Source: Thermodesulfobacteriota bacterium
Lineage (GTDB): Bacteria > Desulfobacterota_D > UBA1144 > Nemesobacterales > Nemesobacteraceae
Direction of reading: 5' to 3'
NCBI GenBank assembly: GCA_965208155.1
Contig: OZ242322.1
Coordinates: 321,732-385,731 of the forward strand
DNA: 64,000 nucleotides
This document shows, piece by piece, positions 17,366 through 27,650 of this stretch (positions are counted from its first letter, which is position 1; every line of letters begins with the position of its first letter). A program made the position numbers and the translations under genes. The notes beneath the pieces were generated by a model. It was not told the DNA's origin, made no database searches, and saw only the letters and a list, made by a program, of their open reading frames with translations.

Positions 17366-20176
17366 TCATTCAGTATCCCCACAAGAGACCTCTTTAACCT
17401 TCTCCCGGGTCTGAGTGTCCATGGCCATCTCCTTGGCGCTACCCGTCAGCTCAGCCATAAGGATGTTATAGAAAGGCTGCTCTGTGGTTGTGAGGCCATG
17501 TTCTTCCGCCTGCTTTTCACGACCGGTTTCTATGTTCTCCCTGAAATCCAGAAGAAACTGAACAAGCTCATCCCACTTTTCTTCATATCTTCTGATTATG
17601 TCTTCAAGTCTTTCAGAGAGTTTCCTGTAGTACTCGGGATCATCTTCAAGGTTTATTTTGATGTGATGTTTGATCGCGTGTTCTATTTCGGAAGCTTTTG
17701 AACGGGAGGACTTATGGTGACTCAGCTTCTCCCTGTAATCAGCCGCGAGAAGATCAACGGGAGGAATCTTGGGGTCAATCCCCGTTGAATAGACATGTTC
17801 TTCAATCAATTTGCGTACTTTCTCACCCGCGCCCGATATATTCAACTGTTCATCCCTGTAGAGATTTCTCGCCCCCACCGAAATCTTGCCCAGCCGTTTA
17901 AGGTCGTTAAGAAACGGGGCTGCCGCTGAATCCGGGAGAATAATGTCCATCTGCTTTGAGAATGTATGAAAGTCCGCCTGGAAACTCTGCCGCCTTGTTT
18001 CATTCTCAAGCGATATGACGCATGCTTCAATGTCTTTTATATCAAGACCGTCAAAATGTTTCATGACCCGCGTATGGGCGTTTTTAAGTCTTGGGATCTC
18101 TTCTTTAAGTTCGATTAGTGCCCCCGACACGTCTTCAGTCGAAAACATATCAAGGGCTTCGGTCAGGTAGTCAGAAAGACCATAATAATCGACTATGTAG
18201 CCCCGGAACTTGTTTTTGCCTGTCCTGTTTACCCGAGCGATTGCCTGCAGCAGGTTGTGTTCTACCAGCCTGGTGTCAAGATACATCACCTGCGCTATGG
18301 GGGCGTCAAACCCGGTCAGCAGCATATCCTTCACTATGAGAATCGAGAGGTCGGATTCTCCTTCGCCGTACCCAGGCGGTTTCTTGAAGTCTTCAATCTG
18401 TTTTTTATGTTTCCTCGTTTCAGTGTATTCCCAGAATCGTCTCTCATCATTGTGATCCGCCGAGATTATGACCGCGGAGCGGGGCGCCTCCAGTTCGTCG
18501 AGCTGTTCCTTGTAGGTGATCGCGGCGTTTCGAGATGGTGTGACTATCATCGCCTTAAAACCGTTTGGCTGTATGTGCTCTTTGTAGTGCTTTACTATGT
18601 CCATGCATACCCTTCTGATACGCATGGGCGCTTCCAGCACTGCCCTTGTCGTTCCGAACTTTTTCTTTATCGCTTCTCTTTCTTCAACGCTTCGATCTTT
18701 GAAGTACTCATCAAAAAGACTGTCAAGAGAGTCCCCTGTTACTTTTACCGCGGGCTCACGACCCTCATAGAGAATCTGTACGGTCGCTCCATCCATGACC
18801 GCTTCTTCAATGGTGTAGGTATCTATGTAGGAGCCGAATGTTTCGATGGTTTTCTGAGACCTTATGAGAGGGGTTCCGGTAAACCCGATGCGGGGAGCGT
18901 TGGGAAGCCCTGTGCTGATAGCTACGCCCAGTGAGCCGTAGTGGGTGCGGTGCGCTTCATCTGCGAGAACTATGATTTTTTCTGATTTATTTAAAACCGG
19001 GAGTTCGTCCATGTCTTCCTCAAACTTCTGAACCGTTGCCGTAATGATGTCTGAAGAGTTTCTTGACAGAAGCTCCTTAAGGTCATTTATGGAGTCTGCC
19101 TGATGAACAGTCTCGTTCTGGGCGTTTCGGAATACGGCGGTCAACTGGTTGTCAAGCTGGATCCTGTCGGTCAGGAAAACCAGCTTGCAGTCCCGAAGTT
19201 CCGGATCTCTTCGTATCTTGAGCGTAAGAAATACCATCGTAAGGGATTTGCCCGACCCTTGGGTGTGCCAGATGACTCCGCCTTTTTCCTCGGGATTTCC
19301 TCCGGTCTTTATGCGCTCTATGGTTCTGTGTACGGCTCGGAACTGCTGATACCGTGGGATTTTCTTCAGGATACGACCGCCTGCGGGTTCAAACACGGTG
19401 AAGTTCTGCAGGATGTCGAGGAAGTTCTCTCTGCTGAACAGTCCCGCTATCAGTATCTTCTGGGAGGTCAGTTCAGATCCGACCTGCTCTTTTGTTAGAG
19501 GATAAGGGTCTTTCCACTCAAGGAAATGTTCCGTGTGAGAAGTTATCGTTCCCACCCGTGCTTTGTCCCTATGGGTGGAGACCATCATCAGGTTATAGTG
19601 AAAAAGTATCTCGACGCCTTCATCATCTTGTGGATTTCTTCTGTTCGCGTATCGCAGAAGCTGGTCAATACCCTCTTCCATGGGATCGGTTATGTAAGGC
19701 GATTTGCATTCAATCACCGCAAGCGGGAGACCGTTTACGAACAGAACAATGTCGGGAATGATGGTCTGATTAACCCCTTTAACCTTGAACTGGTTTGCGC
19801 AGAGAAACTCGTTGTTCTCTATGTTGTCAAAGTCGATTATGTGAACGGTCTGGCCTTTGTTGCCCCTGCCAAGATCCTGCATTACCGACACGCATTGATT
19901 TATTGAGTTCCAGATAGACTGGTTTGCTTCAATGAGGTTCGCGTAGTTAGTTTTTGTAAGGTCGCGGACTACTTTGCGGAGATTCTCATCGCTTATCCAG
20001 GGGTTTATTCTGCGGATGCTGTCCGTAAGGCGTTTTTCAAGAACCACATCCTTTAAGGAGGAGCGTTCATCGGATTCTTCGGGTGAGAGGGCTACCCCCT
20101 CGACATAGGACCATCCAAGGGACTGGAGTTGTTCCAGAGCGGGAAGTTCCACTTTGTCGAATTCGTCGGATGCCAT
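17366..20176 (-). CDS. hsdR: Type I restriction enzyme R subunit
   Basis: 936 aa; N-terminal nuclease region, SF2 helicase motifs (HTQGSGKS, DEAH-like LADEAHR) and a HsdR C-terminal domain. Confidence 0.95.
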   Translation of the reverse strand: MASDEFDKVELPALEQLQSLGWSYVEGVALSPEESDERSSLKDVVLEKRLTDSIRRINPWISDENLRKVVRDLTKTNYANLIEANQSIWNSINQCVSVMQDLGRGNKGQTVHIIDFDNIENNEFLCANQFKVKGVNQTIIPDIVLFVNGLPLAVIECKSPYITDPMEEGIDQLLRYANRRNPQDDEGVEILFHYNLMMVSTHRDKARVGTITSHTEHFLEWKDPYPLTKEQVGSELTSQKILIAGLFSRENFLDILQNFTVFEPAGGRILKKIPRYQQFRAVHRTIERIKTGGNPEEKGGVIWHTQGSGKSLTMVFLTLKIRRDPELRDCKLVFLTDRIQLDNQLTAVFRNAQNETVHQADSINDLKELLSRNSSDIITATVQKFEEDMDELPVLNKSEKIIVLADEAHRTHYGSLGVAISTGLPNAPRIGFTGTPLIRSQKTIETFGSYIDTYTIEEAVMDGATVQILYEGREPAVKVTGDSLDSLFDEYFKDRSVEEREAIKKKFGTTRAVLEAPMRIRRVCMDIVKHYKEHIQPNGFKAMIVTPSRNAAITYKEQLDELEAPRSAVIISADHNDERRFWEYTETRKHKKQIEDFKKPPGYGEGESDLSILIVKDMLLTGFDAPIAQVMYLDTRLVEHNLLQAIARVNRTGKNKFRGYIVDYYGLSDYLTEALDMFSTEDVSGALIELKEEIPRLKNAHTRVMKHFDGLDIKDIEACVISLENETRRQSFQADFHTFSKQMDIILPDSAAAPFLNDLKRLGKISVGARNLYRDEQLNISGAGEKVRKLIEEHVYSTGIDPKIPPVDLLAADYREKLSHHKSSRSKASEIEHAIKHHIKINLEDDPEYYRKLSERLEDIIRRYEEKWDELVQFLLDFRENIETGREKQAEEHGLTTTEQPFYNILMAELTGSAKEMAMDTQTREKVKEVSCGDTE

Positions 20177-21472
20177 TCAGTTTACCTTTACTCTCACTTT
20201 GCCCGTCAGCAGATCCTGCATCAGGGATTTTTTGAGGGACTCTGTTTTACAGAGCTTTTCTTCGAAAAAATAAATATTGTTGTCTATTGAAGTCAGAATC
20301 TTAATTATACGGTCCTGTTCATTGACTGAAGGTAATGGCAAAGAAAAAGATAAATATTCTTGGGCATTTATATTTGGTTGTGCACCCACTCGTGAATTTT
20401 CGTCCACCCAGTCTTTGAACATACGAGAAAGCGTATATTGAAATATGAATTTGGGTCTAGCTTTCTCATTGTCAAAACGGAAAAGAATTAAATAACCTGC
20501 ATAGGCAATTTTCTCCGAAGTCTTTAGATCTTTGCTATGAAGATAGGCTTTACCAACTGTATTGCCAGTTCTTGCAATAACTAAATCATCTTTGTGCAAT
20601 TCGTATCTCACAGCATCTTCTTCCTTTATATACGCTTTCGAGTCAACTCGAAGTTGTCCCTCTTCATTAATATCTGTAATCCTAAGGAAACGTATTTCAG
20701 AGTCTTGACTTGATACTGCGGGTGCGTTTGCACCATAGGATGGCTTCTCACGAACGATATCAGCTAAACAGGATACTTCCCAGCTCTTCGGAATTCTCCC
20801 CAGTTCACTGTCTTTAAACTCCGTGTGACCTATGCCCTTGGTCAGGAGTTCGTTCATTGTCGCCTTTTTTAAGTCTCTGAGCTTTTCTATCTGCTTATGC
20901 GTGTTTTCTATTACTTCGTCTACTGAGGTTAGGATGGAGGCGATTTTCCTCTGCTCGGGCAGTGGCGGGATAAGTACCAAAGATCTTTTTATCAGTTGAC
21001 CAGACAAATTAGGTTGCCCCGAACCTTGAACAGAATTGAGCAGTCCTCTTGATAAAAACTCAACCTCATGAAATAAGTACTCATCGGTACTAAATCTTTC
21101 ATCTGCACAAATTGCAGAAATTGCCTGATTGATAGTCGCATCAAGCATCAATCTCGATACTTTCCCTGCAGTTGCTCCATACATTGCAATAAGAATAGAA
21201 CCCCTTTTTACCCACTTTGCACTACTCTTTTCAATGGCCTCATCGGAAACAAATTCCTCCGTGTTGTAAATTTTCCTTTGATTCACTTCGCCAGATTTCA
21301 CCCAAGGATTACAACCAATATAATAAGAATTATTTGATCTTGATGGTGTTCCTCCTGAGTATATCTTTGCCACATCTCCAAGTCTTTTTACCTTCCAGCT
21401 CTTCGGAATTTTCCCCAGTTCACTGTCTTTGAACTCCGTGTGACCAAGGCCCTTGGTCAGCAACTCATTCAT
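20177..21472 (-). CDS. hsdS: Type I restriction-modification specificity subunit
   Basis: 431 aa with two target-recognition domains. Conserved repeats MNELLTKG(L/I)[11 protein letters not shown](K/R)IPKSW occur at the N-terminus and centre. Overlaps hsdM by 8 nt. Confidence 0.9.
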   Translation of the reverse strand: MNELLTKGLGHTEFKDSELGKIPKSWKVKRLGDVAKIYSGGTPSRSNNSYYIGCNPWVKSGEVNQRKIYNTEEFVSDEAIEKSSAKWVKRGSILIAMYGATAGKVSRLMLDATINQAISAICADERFSTDEYLFHEVEFLSRGLLNSVQGSGQPNLSGQLIKRSLVLIPPLPEQRKIASILTSVDEVIENTHKQIEKLRDLKKATMNELLTKGIGHTEFKDSELGRIPKSWEVSCLADIVREKPSYGANAPAVSSQDSEIRFLRITDINEEGQLRVDSKAYIKEEDAVRYELHKDDLVIARTGNTVGKAYLHSKDLKTSEKIAYAGYLILFRFDNEKARPKFIFQYTLSRMFKDWVDENSRVGAQPNINAQEYLSFSLPLPSVNEQDRIIKILTSIDNNIYFFEEKLCKTESLKKSLMQDLLTGKVRVKVN

Positions 21473-23183
21473 AACCCAGCTCCTTCAAGTAGCCCCACAT
21501 CTCTTCTTCGGACTGTTTTACTTGCGTTTCTATCTCATGCAGAGACACTCGATACTTGTCCCACCAGTGTTCAAACTGATTGATAACGGATTGGTCAACA
21601 TCATCCAGACAGTCTCGTATTTGTTCTTTGGTTTCTATTTCGGGCTTGAAGTCATAATAGTCTGTGCCTCTTTTTACAAAGACGGAAGAAACATCCATGC
21701 CCTTCAAGGTTTCTTGGATATATTCATCTTCAACTTCAGATACGGGAACTCCACCATGCAGAATCGCCCGCACATCAAACGGTTCCTGTGGCGGTGAGGT
21801 ATCAGCGTATCTTCGGATATTCAGGTTGTAGTCGTTTTCACGGATTTCGTCCATGTCCACGACTCTTGAATATCTTTTCTCGTCAACAAAGGAATCATAG
21901 ACGCTTAGAATGTGCTGGATATCCTCCTCCCGAAGCTTGTTCTGATTCTTTCCCTCCTGATATTCGAGTTCCCCATTTATGAAAAGAACCTTGCCCTTAC
22001 GCTCAGAAGGCTTGTTCTTGTTTACAATCAGAAGCGCCGCGGGAATTCCAGTGCCGTAAAACAGCGCCGCGGGAAGCCCAATTACCGCTTCAAGCAGATC
22101 ATCTTCCAGAATACCCTTACGGATATTTTTCTCGCTTGAACCCCTGAACAACACACCATGGGGAACAACCACTCCCATTTTCCCATCAGCGTTAAGAGAC
22201 GCAATCATGTGCTGAATGAACGCAAGGTCTCCCGCGTTTTTCGGCGGCGTGCCGTAAGGGTAACGACCATAGGGGTCATTATCGGCAATATCTTTACCCC
22301 ATTTCTTAAGAGAGAATGGAGGATTCGCAATCACTCGGTCAAAGGTTCTCAATTCACCACCCTTTGTATGTTGCGGGTCTCTCAACGTATCGCCCTTACG
22401 GATATCTGCGTTGAACACGCCATGGAGAAACATGTTCATCTTGCAGATAGCCCACGTGTTAAGATTCATCTCTTGACCAAAAAGAGACAGATTCTTGGGG
22501 TTTTCGCCATGCTCAGCCAGATAGTTGCGCGTCTGTATCAGCATTCCGCCGGAACCTGCGGTGGGATCGTAAATCTTCAAGCCTGCTGTGGGTTTTAGAA
22601 GAGAAACAAGAAGCCAGACTACCTCGCTTGGGGTATAGAACTCTCCTCCCTTTTTCCCCGCGGAGTCAGCAAACTGCTTGATCAGGTACTCGTACGCATT
22701 GCCCAGCAAATCCGGGGCTTCAAAATCCTCATTGCGAAGCCGATACTTTGAAAAGTGGGAGAGGATATCCTGAAGCTTACTGTCTGAAAGCTTGTCTTTA
22801 ATGTTAAAGTCAATAGAGACCAGCACCCCTTCAAGCGACGGGTTGAGTTCTTCTATCGAGTCTGTCGCCTTGTTGAGCTCAGAACCTATGTCATGTTTGA
22901 GATCTTTGAGTTTAGACCATCTGGCACGTTCGGGAACGAAGAAAGTCTGATATTCACCCTCATTCTGCGCCAGACGTTCCGCTTCCTCCCGGGATTTGCC
23001 AATGGACAGATAATATTCAACAACCTGTTCTTGCTCCGCTTGGAACACATCTGAAAGACGTTTTAGGAAGAGCATGCCGAAGATGTAATCTTTGAATTCT
23101 GAGGCATCCATATTCCCCCTCAGGATATCAGCAGTCTCCCAGAGAAAGGATTCAAGCTTACTCAGACTGAGTTTATCGGCCAT
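21465..23183 (-). CDS. hsdM: Type I restriction-modification N6-adenine DNA methyltransferase subunit
   Basis: 572 aa; HsdM N-terminal domain, SAM-binding region and NPPF catalytic motif ([12 protein letters not shown]). Confidence 0.95.
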   Translation of the reverse strand: MADKLSLSKLESFLWETADILRGNMDASEFKDYIFGMLFLKRLSDVFQAEQEQVVEYYLSIGKSREEAERLAQNEGEYQTFFVPERARWSKLKDLKHDIGSELNKATDSIEELNPSLEGVLVSIDFNIKDKLSDSKLQDILSHFSKYRLRNEDFEAPDLLGNAYEYLIKQFADSAGKKGGEFYTPSEVVWLLVSLLKPTAGLKIYDPTAGSGGMLIQTRNYLAEHGENPKNLSLFGQEMNLNTWAICKMNMFLHGVFNADIRKGDTLRDPQHTKGGELRTFDRVIANPPFSLKKWGKDIADNDPYGRYPYGTPPKNAGDLAFIQHMIASLNADGKMGVVVPHGVLFRGSSEKNIRKGILEDDLLEAVIGLPAALFYGTGIPAALLIVNKNKPSERKGKVLFINGELEYQEGKNQNKLREEDIQHILSVYDSFVDEKRYSRVVDMDEIRENDYNLNIRRYADTSPPQEPFDVRAILHGGVPVSEVEDEYIQETLKGMDVSSVFVKRGTDYYDFKPEIETKEQIRDCLDDVDQSVINQFEHWWDKYRVSLHEIETQVKQSEEEMWGYLKELGYE

Positions 23184-23472
23184 GGATTGAGTGTTCCGCT
23201 AGAAGCTTGGTTTCTAGAATATCAAACATAATCTTTCATCCCACACCTACGCACATATCCGTTTAAAACTCTTTTTCTGAATACACCGTGTTAAACTGCT
23301 CTTCCGTAATCAGTGCGGGCAAGGAAATTTTAGTTTCCGCAAGCAAAAATTGCCATCTATACTCAACGGTGCACAGTATAATTTACCTTAACTGCCGACA
23401 TAAATCTCAGAAACGCATCTCTGCAACTTAAAGAGGGTTTAGAACACTCTGATTCTGGAACAAGGATTCAAC

Positions 23473-24036
23473 ATGTCAAAAGAACAGTTACTTGAAATCA
23501 TCTCAAACGGCGAGAGTTCCGGCGTTGAGTTCAAAAGCGATAATATCAGACCCGAACAACTGGCAACTGAAGTCGTGGCAATGGCCAACCTGAGAGGCGG
23601 TATGGTTCTGCTGGGAGTTGAAGATGACGGTTCAATAAGTGGAGTCAGGCGAAAGAACCTTAAACAGTGGGTAGTGAACATCTTTTATCAGAAAATTCAT
23701 CCGATGATACTGCCTTTTCACGAAGAAGTGTTACTCGAGGGCAGACGCGTCGCGGTCATATCGTTTGCCGAAGGAACAAGCAAGCCGTACGTGGTGAGAA
23801 ACAAGGATCGTGAGGACGTGTATATCTGGATCGGGTCAACTTCGCGGCTGGCGACGCGGGAGCAGAGGTCCCCGAGAAACCCGCTGCTTGTGGACGTCAT
23901 GAAGGACTACGGTTACATCGATGCCCGGGGGATGGGCGTCAGAACGAAAATCGTTCCTCTGATGAAGGCCCACACGGGCAGAGAACCTGTGTTTGAGTCT
24001 ACAGACGACTACCTGAAGATAGTGCTGTTCAGATAA
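23473..24036 (+). CDS. AlbA_2/Schlafen-like putative DNA-binding protein
   Basis: 187 aa; N-terminal ESSGVEFKSD...MANLRGGMVLLGVEDDGSISGV matches the AlbA_2 (divergent AAA/Schlafen) core. C-terminal GMGVRTKIVPLMKAHTGREPVFEST..LKIVLF resembles the tail of AlbA_2-containing regulators. Confidence 0.6.
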   Translation: MSKEQLLEIISNGESSGVEFKSDNIRPEQLATEVVAMANLRGGMVLLGVEDDGSISGVRRKNLKQWVVNIFYQKIHPMILPFHEEVLLEGRRVAVISFAEGTSKPYVVRNKDREDVYIWIGSTSRLATREQRSPRNPLLVDVMKDYGYIDARGMGVRTKIVPLMKAHTGREPVFESTDDYLKIVLFR

Positions 24037-25137
24037 TCACACGTTGAACCTGAAAAACATCACGTCTCCGTCGCAGACCTCATAATCCTTTCCCTCAAGC
24101 CTCATCTTCCCGGCCTCCCTTACCATCTGCTCGGAACCTTCCCTTACGTAATCCTCATAGGATATGGTCTCGGCCCTTATGAACCCCCTTTCAAAGTCGG
24201 TGTGGATGATCCCGGCCGCCTGAGGGGCCCTTGTGCCCCGCCTTACTGTCCAGGCCCTTACCTCTTTCGGCCCCGAGGTAAAGTAGGTAAGAAGCCCGAG
24301 ATTCGAGTACGCGCAGTTAACCAGCCTGTCAAGACCGGAATCACTAAGCCCGAGCTCCTCGAGAAAGGCCGCCCTCTCCTCGCCCTCAAGCTCCGCTATC
24401 TCAGCCTCTATCCTGGCCGAGACAACGATGACGTCATCTCCCGAACGGGCCGCGTGCTCCATTACCTTTCTGACCTGGGCATTTTCCCCCGCTTCTGAAA
24501 CCTCGTCCTCAGAAACATTGCAGACATAGATGACGGGCTTTTCGCTCAGGAGAAAAAGTTCCCTCAAGGCATCCTCGTTTCCTTCCGGTCGCGGAAAATC
24601 CCTCGCGCGCCGTCCGGTCTCGATAAACTCCCGAAGAGATCTCACCGTCTCAAAATCCCTGACTATGTCCTTATCCCTGCTTTTGGCCTGGTTTGCGAGT
24701 TTCTCCTCCCGTTTCTCAACCGTCTCAAGATCCTTGAGAACAAGCTCGTCCTCGATGGTGCGTATATCGCGAATAGCATCAACACCATCCTCAACGTGGA
24801 TCACGTTTTCATCCTCAAAACACCTTACGACATGCAGTATCAGGTCCACTTCCCTTATATGGGACAAAAAGGCGTTTCCCCTGCCCTTTCCCTCAGAAGC
24901 CCCCTTAACAAGCCCCGCGATGTCAACTATCTCAAGGCTCGTGGGGGTGGTTTTCTCGGGTTTCACGATACCAGAGAGGACGCTTAGCCTGGGATCAGGA
25001 ACGCCCACCACCCCTATATTGGGATCTATGGTGCAGAAAGGGAAATTGGAGGCCGCCGCGCCCGCGTTTGTAAGCGCGTTAAAAAGTGTGGACTTCCCGA
25101 CGTTGGGAAGCCCTACTATTCCGCATTGAAGTCCCAT
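24037..25137 (-). CDS. ychF: Ribosome-binding ATPase YchF (Obg-family GTPase/ATPase)
   Basis: 366 aa; GIVGLPNVGKSTLFNALT P-loop, TGS-like C-terminal domain. Confidence 0.95.
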   Translation of the reverse strand: MGLQCGIVGLPNVGKSTLFNALTNAGAAASNFPFCTIDPNIGVVGVPDPRLSVLSGIVKPEKTTPTSLEIVDIAGLVKGASEGKGRGNAFLSHIREVDLILHVVRCFEDENVIHVEDGVDAIRDIRTIEDELVLKDLETVEKREEKLANQAKSRDKDIVRDFETVRSLREFIETGRRARDFPRPEGNEDALRELFLLSEKPVIYVCNVSEDEVSEAGENAQVRKVMEHAARSGDDVIVVSARIEAEIAELEGEERAAFLEELGLSDSGLDRLVNCAYSNLGLLTYFTSGPKEVRAWTVRRGTRAPQAAGIIHTDFERGFIRAETISYEDYVREGSEQMVREAGKMRLEGKDYEVCDGDVMFFRFNV

Positions 25138-25153
25138 ATGGTGCGTTAAGAAA

Positions 25154-25232
25154 TGGGGTGGATGACCGGATTTGAACCGGCGACCTCTTGGGCCACAACC
25201 AAGTGCTCTAACCTGACTGAGCTACATCCACC
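25154..25232 (-). tRNA. tRNA-His (GUG)
   Basis: Cloverleaf read by eye: encoded G-1, 7-nt anticodon loop with GUG, T-loop UUCAAAU, discriminator C then CCA. Coordinates ±2 nt. Confidence 0.8.
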
Positions 25233-25407
25233 ATAAAATCTTCAGTATTCCGCGCTAAAAAACGGGGTAGTGTACCGGTTAGCCCGCGAATAGACAAATT
25301 GTCCGCTTGTGTCGACAGGGCAAAGAGAAAATGTCGGAAATCATGTTTGCCCCCAGGTATCGACAGGAGTATAATTTCGTATCTGAAATTGTCGCGAGAA
25401 TACCGTA

Positions 25408-25668
25408 ATGAGTTCTGTCATAACAGTCCGTAATATCGACCCAGGTGACAAATCCTGGCTGAAGCGCGAGGCACGCCGTCAGGGCATTTCAATGGAAGAA
25501 CTGGTACGTCGTATAATCCACAAACGGCGCGCGAAATCGGAAGCACATGTCAAACCGTCTGAAGCATTCAGAAGTTACTTCGGGCCGGATCACGGAGTTG
25601 AACTGCCGCTATCTGTGCGTTATGGGTACAGATCTGTATCTTCCCCTGATAAATACAGCTGTCGCTAA
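25408..25668 (+). CDS. Orphan ribbon-helix-helix antitoxin (FitA/VapB-like); no cognate toxin gene adjacent
   Basis: 86-aa ORF; ITVRNIDPGDKSWLKREARRQGISMEELVRRII is an Arc/MetJ RHH; C-terminal ...FGPDHGVELPL resembles FitA tails. The upstream region has two TCGACAGG boxes and a TATAAT-like element. Confidence 0.6.
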   Translation: MSSVITVRNIDPGDKSWLKREARRQGISMEELVRRIIHKRRAKSEAHVKPSEAFRSYFGPDHGVELPLSVRYGYRSVSSPDKYSCR

Positions 25669-25684
25669 ATCCCCTCACAGTAAA

Positions 25685-27373
25685 CTACCGCTGGCCGACC
25701 TGCCAAGTTTTAACCGCCTGATCAGCAAGCCAAGACTGATAATCGTTAAGATTGGCCAGGTCCCAGCAGTCATATTCCGCAACCTTCCTGGGCAGCTTGA
25801 AGGAAGTTTTCAGATAGTTCGATTTTTTGGTGGTAAAATCAGCACGTTCCAGATTGTCCTGTTCCAAAAGCAGCATGTTCCCCAGCCGATCTACAATATC
25901 ATTCGCTCCCTCACCAAAATCCTGATACCACTCCGGACTTGGGTTGTATGGACAAATGTGTTCAAGCTTTGTATCAACGTATCTGACCTTATGACCTAGT
26001 TTGCTCTCTATATCGGCCAGAAGAAAGCGGATTTTTTTGGATGAGCGGCGGCTGGGCATCTTGTAGTACTCAAAAGCGTTTTTGAATACTTTATCGGAAG
26101 GGTAGAGGTTTTTATAATCAGTGCTGTTCTTAACGTGGCTTGCCCGCTCGAATTCACCGCTGGCTATTTTTACGGCAATGTTGTTGTAACGTCTCTCCTG
26201 CTCGTTTGCCGAATAGCCGCAAATCACATTATAACGAATTGACAGGCAGTAGAGATACTGCAGCGCCTTGATGAACTCAGCGGGTGAGAACTTCTCAAAC
26301 GCTATCATTAACACCATATAGGGCTGCCGTATGCTGAAAAGCTTCAGACCTTCCAGAAAATGCACGGCTTTTTTGTATTTTCCTTCTGCCTGCTGTTGCC
26401 ACCACTCGTCATAAGGACTGGATAAAAGCGCATATAAAGGAGCCGACTCTGTTAATGACATCAGGTAACCATGTGCCTGCCCGGGCGTGGTATAAATTTG
26501 CCTGACCGATTTGAACAACTCTTTTTTGGTTGAGAAAGAACTGCGGGAATTGTGGTGGTAGCGGACAAAATCAGTAAAGTTGTTTTCCCCTAATTCGTCA
26601 AGAATCTTCGACCAGGTTTCATCAAGATCATCCAGTGTTTCGTCGGGCACGTCTTCATTTTTGGTAACCACTGAAAAAATATAGTTTTTCAAAAGATCGG
26701 GTGTTGAGAGCTGCACTCCTCTGGCATTCAATGTTTCAAACACTTTGTAGGCGTTTAGGTTGTCCTGCACCACAATCTTTGTGAAAATCAATCTGGATGA
26801 AAATTTATTGATAAATGCGCCGATTTCCTCACCGCTGTTTCCCAGACTCTTGCTGCAGAAAAATTCGAAGGCTCTGCTCAGTTGTCTGTTGGTTGCGGTA
26901 ATTCCCCGGCTTTTGGACACGCGAAGATTGGAACAGATATCCTTGTAAAAACGTCCATTGTTGCGATTAAGTGTCAGCCTGCTGCTCACTCGCAATGAGA
27001 CAATATCTTTTGAGCCGATATAGCGTCCGGTGATTTCTTTCAGACGCTCCTTGTTTTTCTCGGTATCCGTGCCTTCCTCGGCCAGTTGCTGAATGTGTCG
27101 CATTGCAGCCAGGATCAGCAAGGAGAGCGTGACTAGGCGTTGCTGGCCATCTATCACTTCGAAATCATTCTGGCCTTTGCGTTGCAATACGATATAACCC
27201 ATGTAGTGAAAGCCTTCCTGTTCCAGGTTTTCGATATCCGTCCACAGGTCTTCCCACTGTTCCTGCTCCCAGGAATAATCCCGCTGAAAGTGTGGTACGG
27301 TATATTTAGCTGCGTTGCCCAGCAGTTCGGACAAGCTCTGATTGGCAGGTTCCATCAGCATAAAGTCGCTCAT
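25685..27373 (-). CDS. GmrSD-like DUF262/DUF1524 protein (putative type IV modification-dependent restriction or related defence nuclease)
   Basis: 562 aa; N-terminal DUF262 with the DGQQR motif (FEVIDGQQRLVTL). C-terminal DUF1524-like His-Me finger region (KLEHICPYNP...GNMLLLEQDNLERA). Confidence 0.75.
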   Translation of the reverse strand: MSDFMLMEPANQSLSELLGNAAKYTVPHFQRDYSWEQEQWEDLWTDIENLEQEGFHYMGYIVLQRKGQNDFEVIDGQQRLVTLSLLILAAMRHIQQLAEEGTDTEKNKERLKEITGRYIGSKDIVSLRVSSRLTLNRNNGRFYKDICSNLRVSKSRGITATNRQLSRAFEFFCSKSLGNSGEEIGAFINKFSSRLIFTKIVVQDNLNAYKVFETLNARGVQLSTPDLLKNYIFSVVTKNEDVPDETLDDLDETWSKILDELGENNFTDFVRYHHNSRSSFSTKKELFKSVRQIYTTPGQAHGYLMSLTESAPLYALLSSPYDEWWQQQAEGKYKKAVHFLEGLKLFSIRQPYMVLMIAFEKFSPAEFIKALQYLYCLSIRYNVICGYSANEQERRYNNIAVKIASGEFERASHVKNSTDYKNLYPSDKVFKNAFEYYKMPSRRSSKKIRFLLADIESKLGHKVRYVDTKLEHICPYNPSPEWYQDFGEGANDIVDRLGNMLLLEQDNLERADFTTKKSNYLKTSFKLPRKVAEYDCWDLANLNDYQSWLADQAVKTWQVGQR

Positions 27374-27650
27374 GCAGATACCTCCTTATCATATAATTCC
27401 AGTATTCTAATCTTGCCCGCTGCCACTTTGGAGGTCAATGTAAATGCGAGTTCCGCAATGCCCTCTCACATCGTCGGTCATGGAAAAAAAGCACTTCAGA
27501 ACAGACCTTAAACATGCGCAGAGTTTTTCCGTCAGACCACTAAAAACCTTTTTCAGGTCTTCTGCAAATTTCAATCACTGACCGCCCGCAATGGGAAGCC
27601 TTTGGTGTACTCGTCACTCCGTGGAAAAATCTGACTGCGCCTAGTATAGT

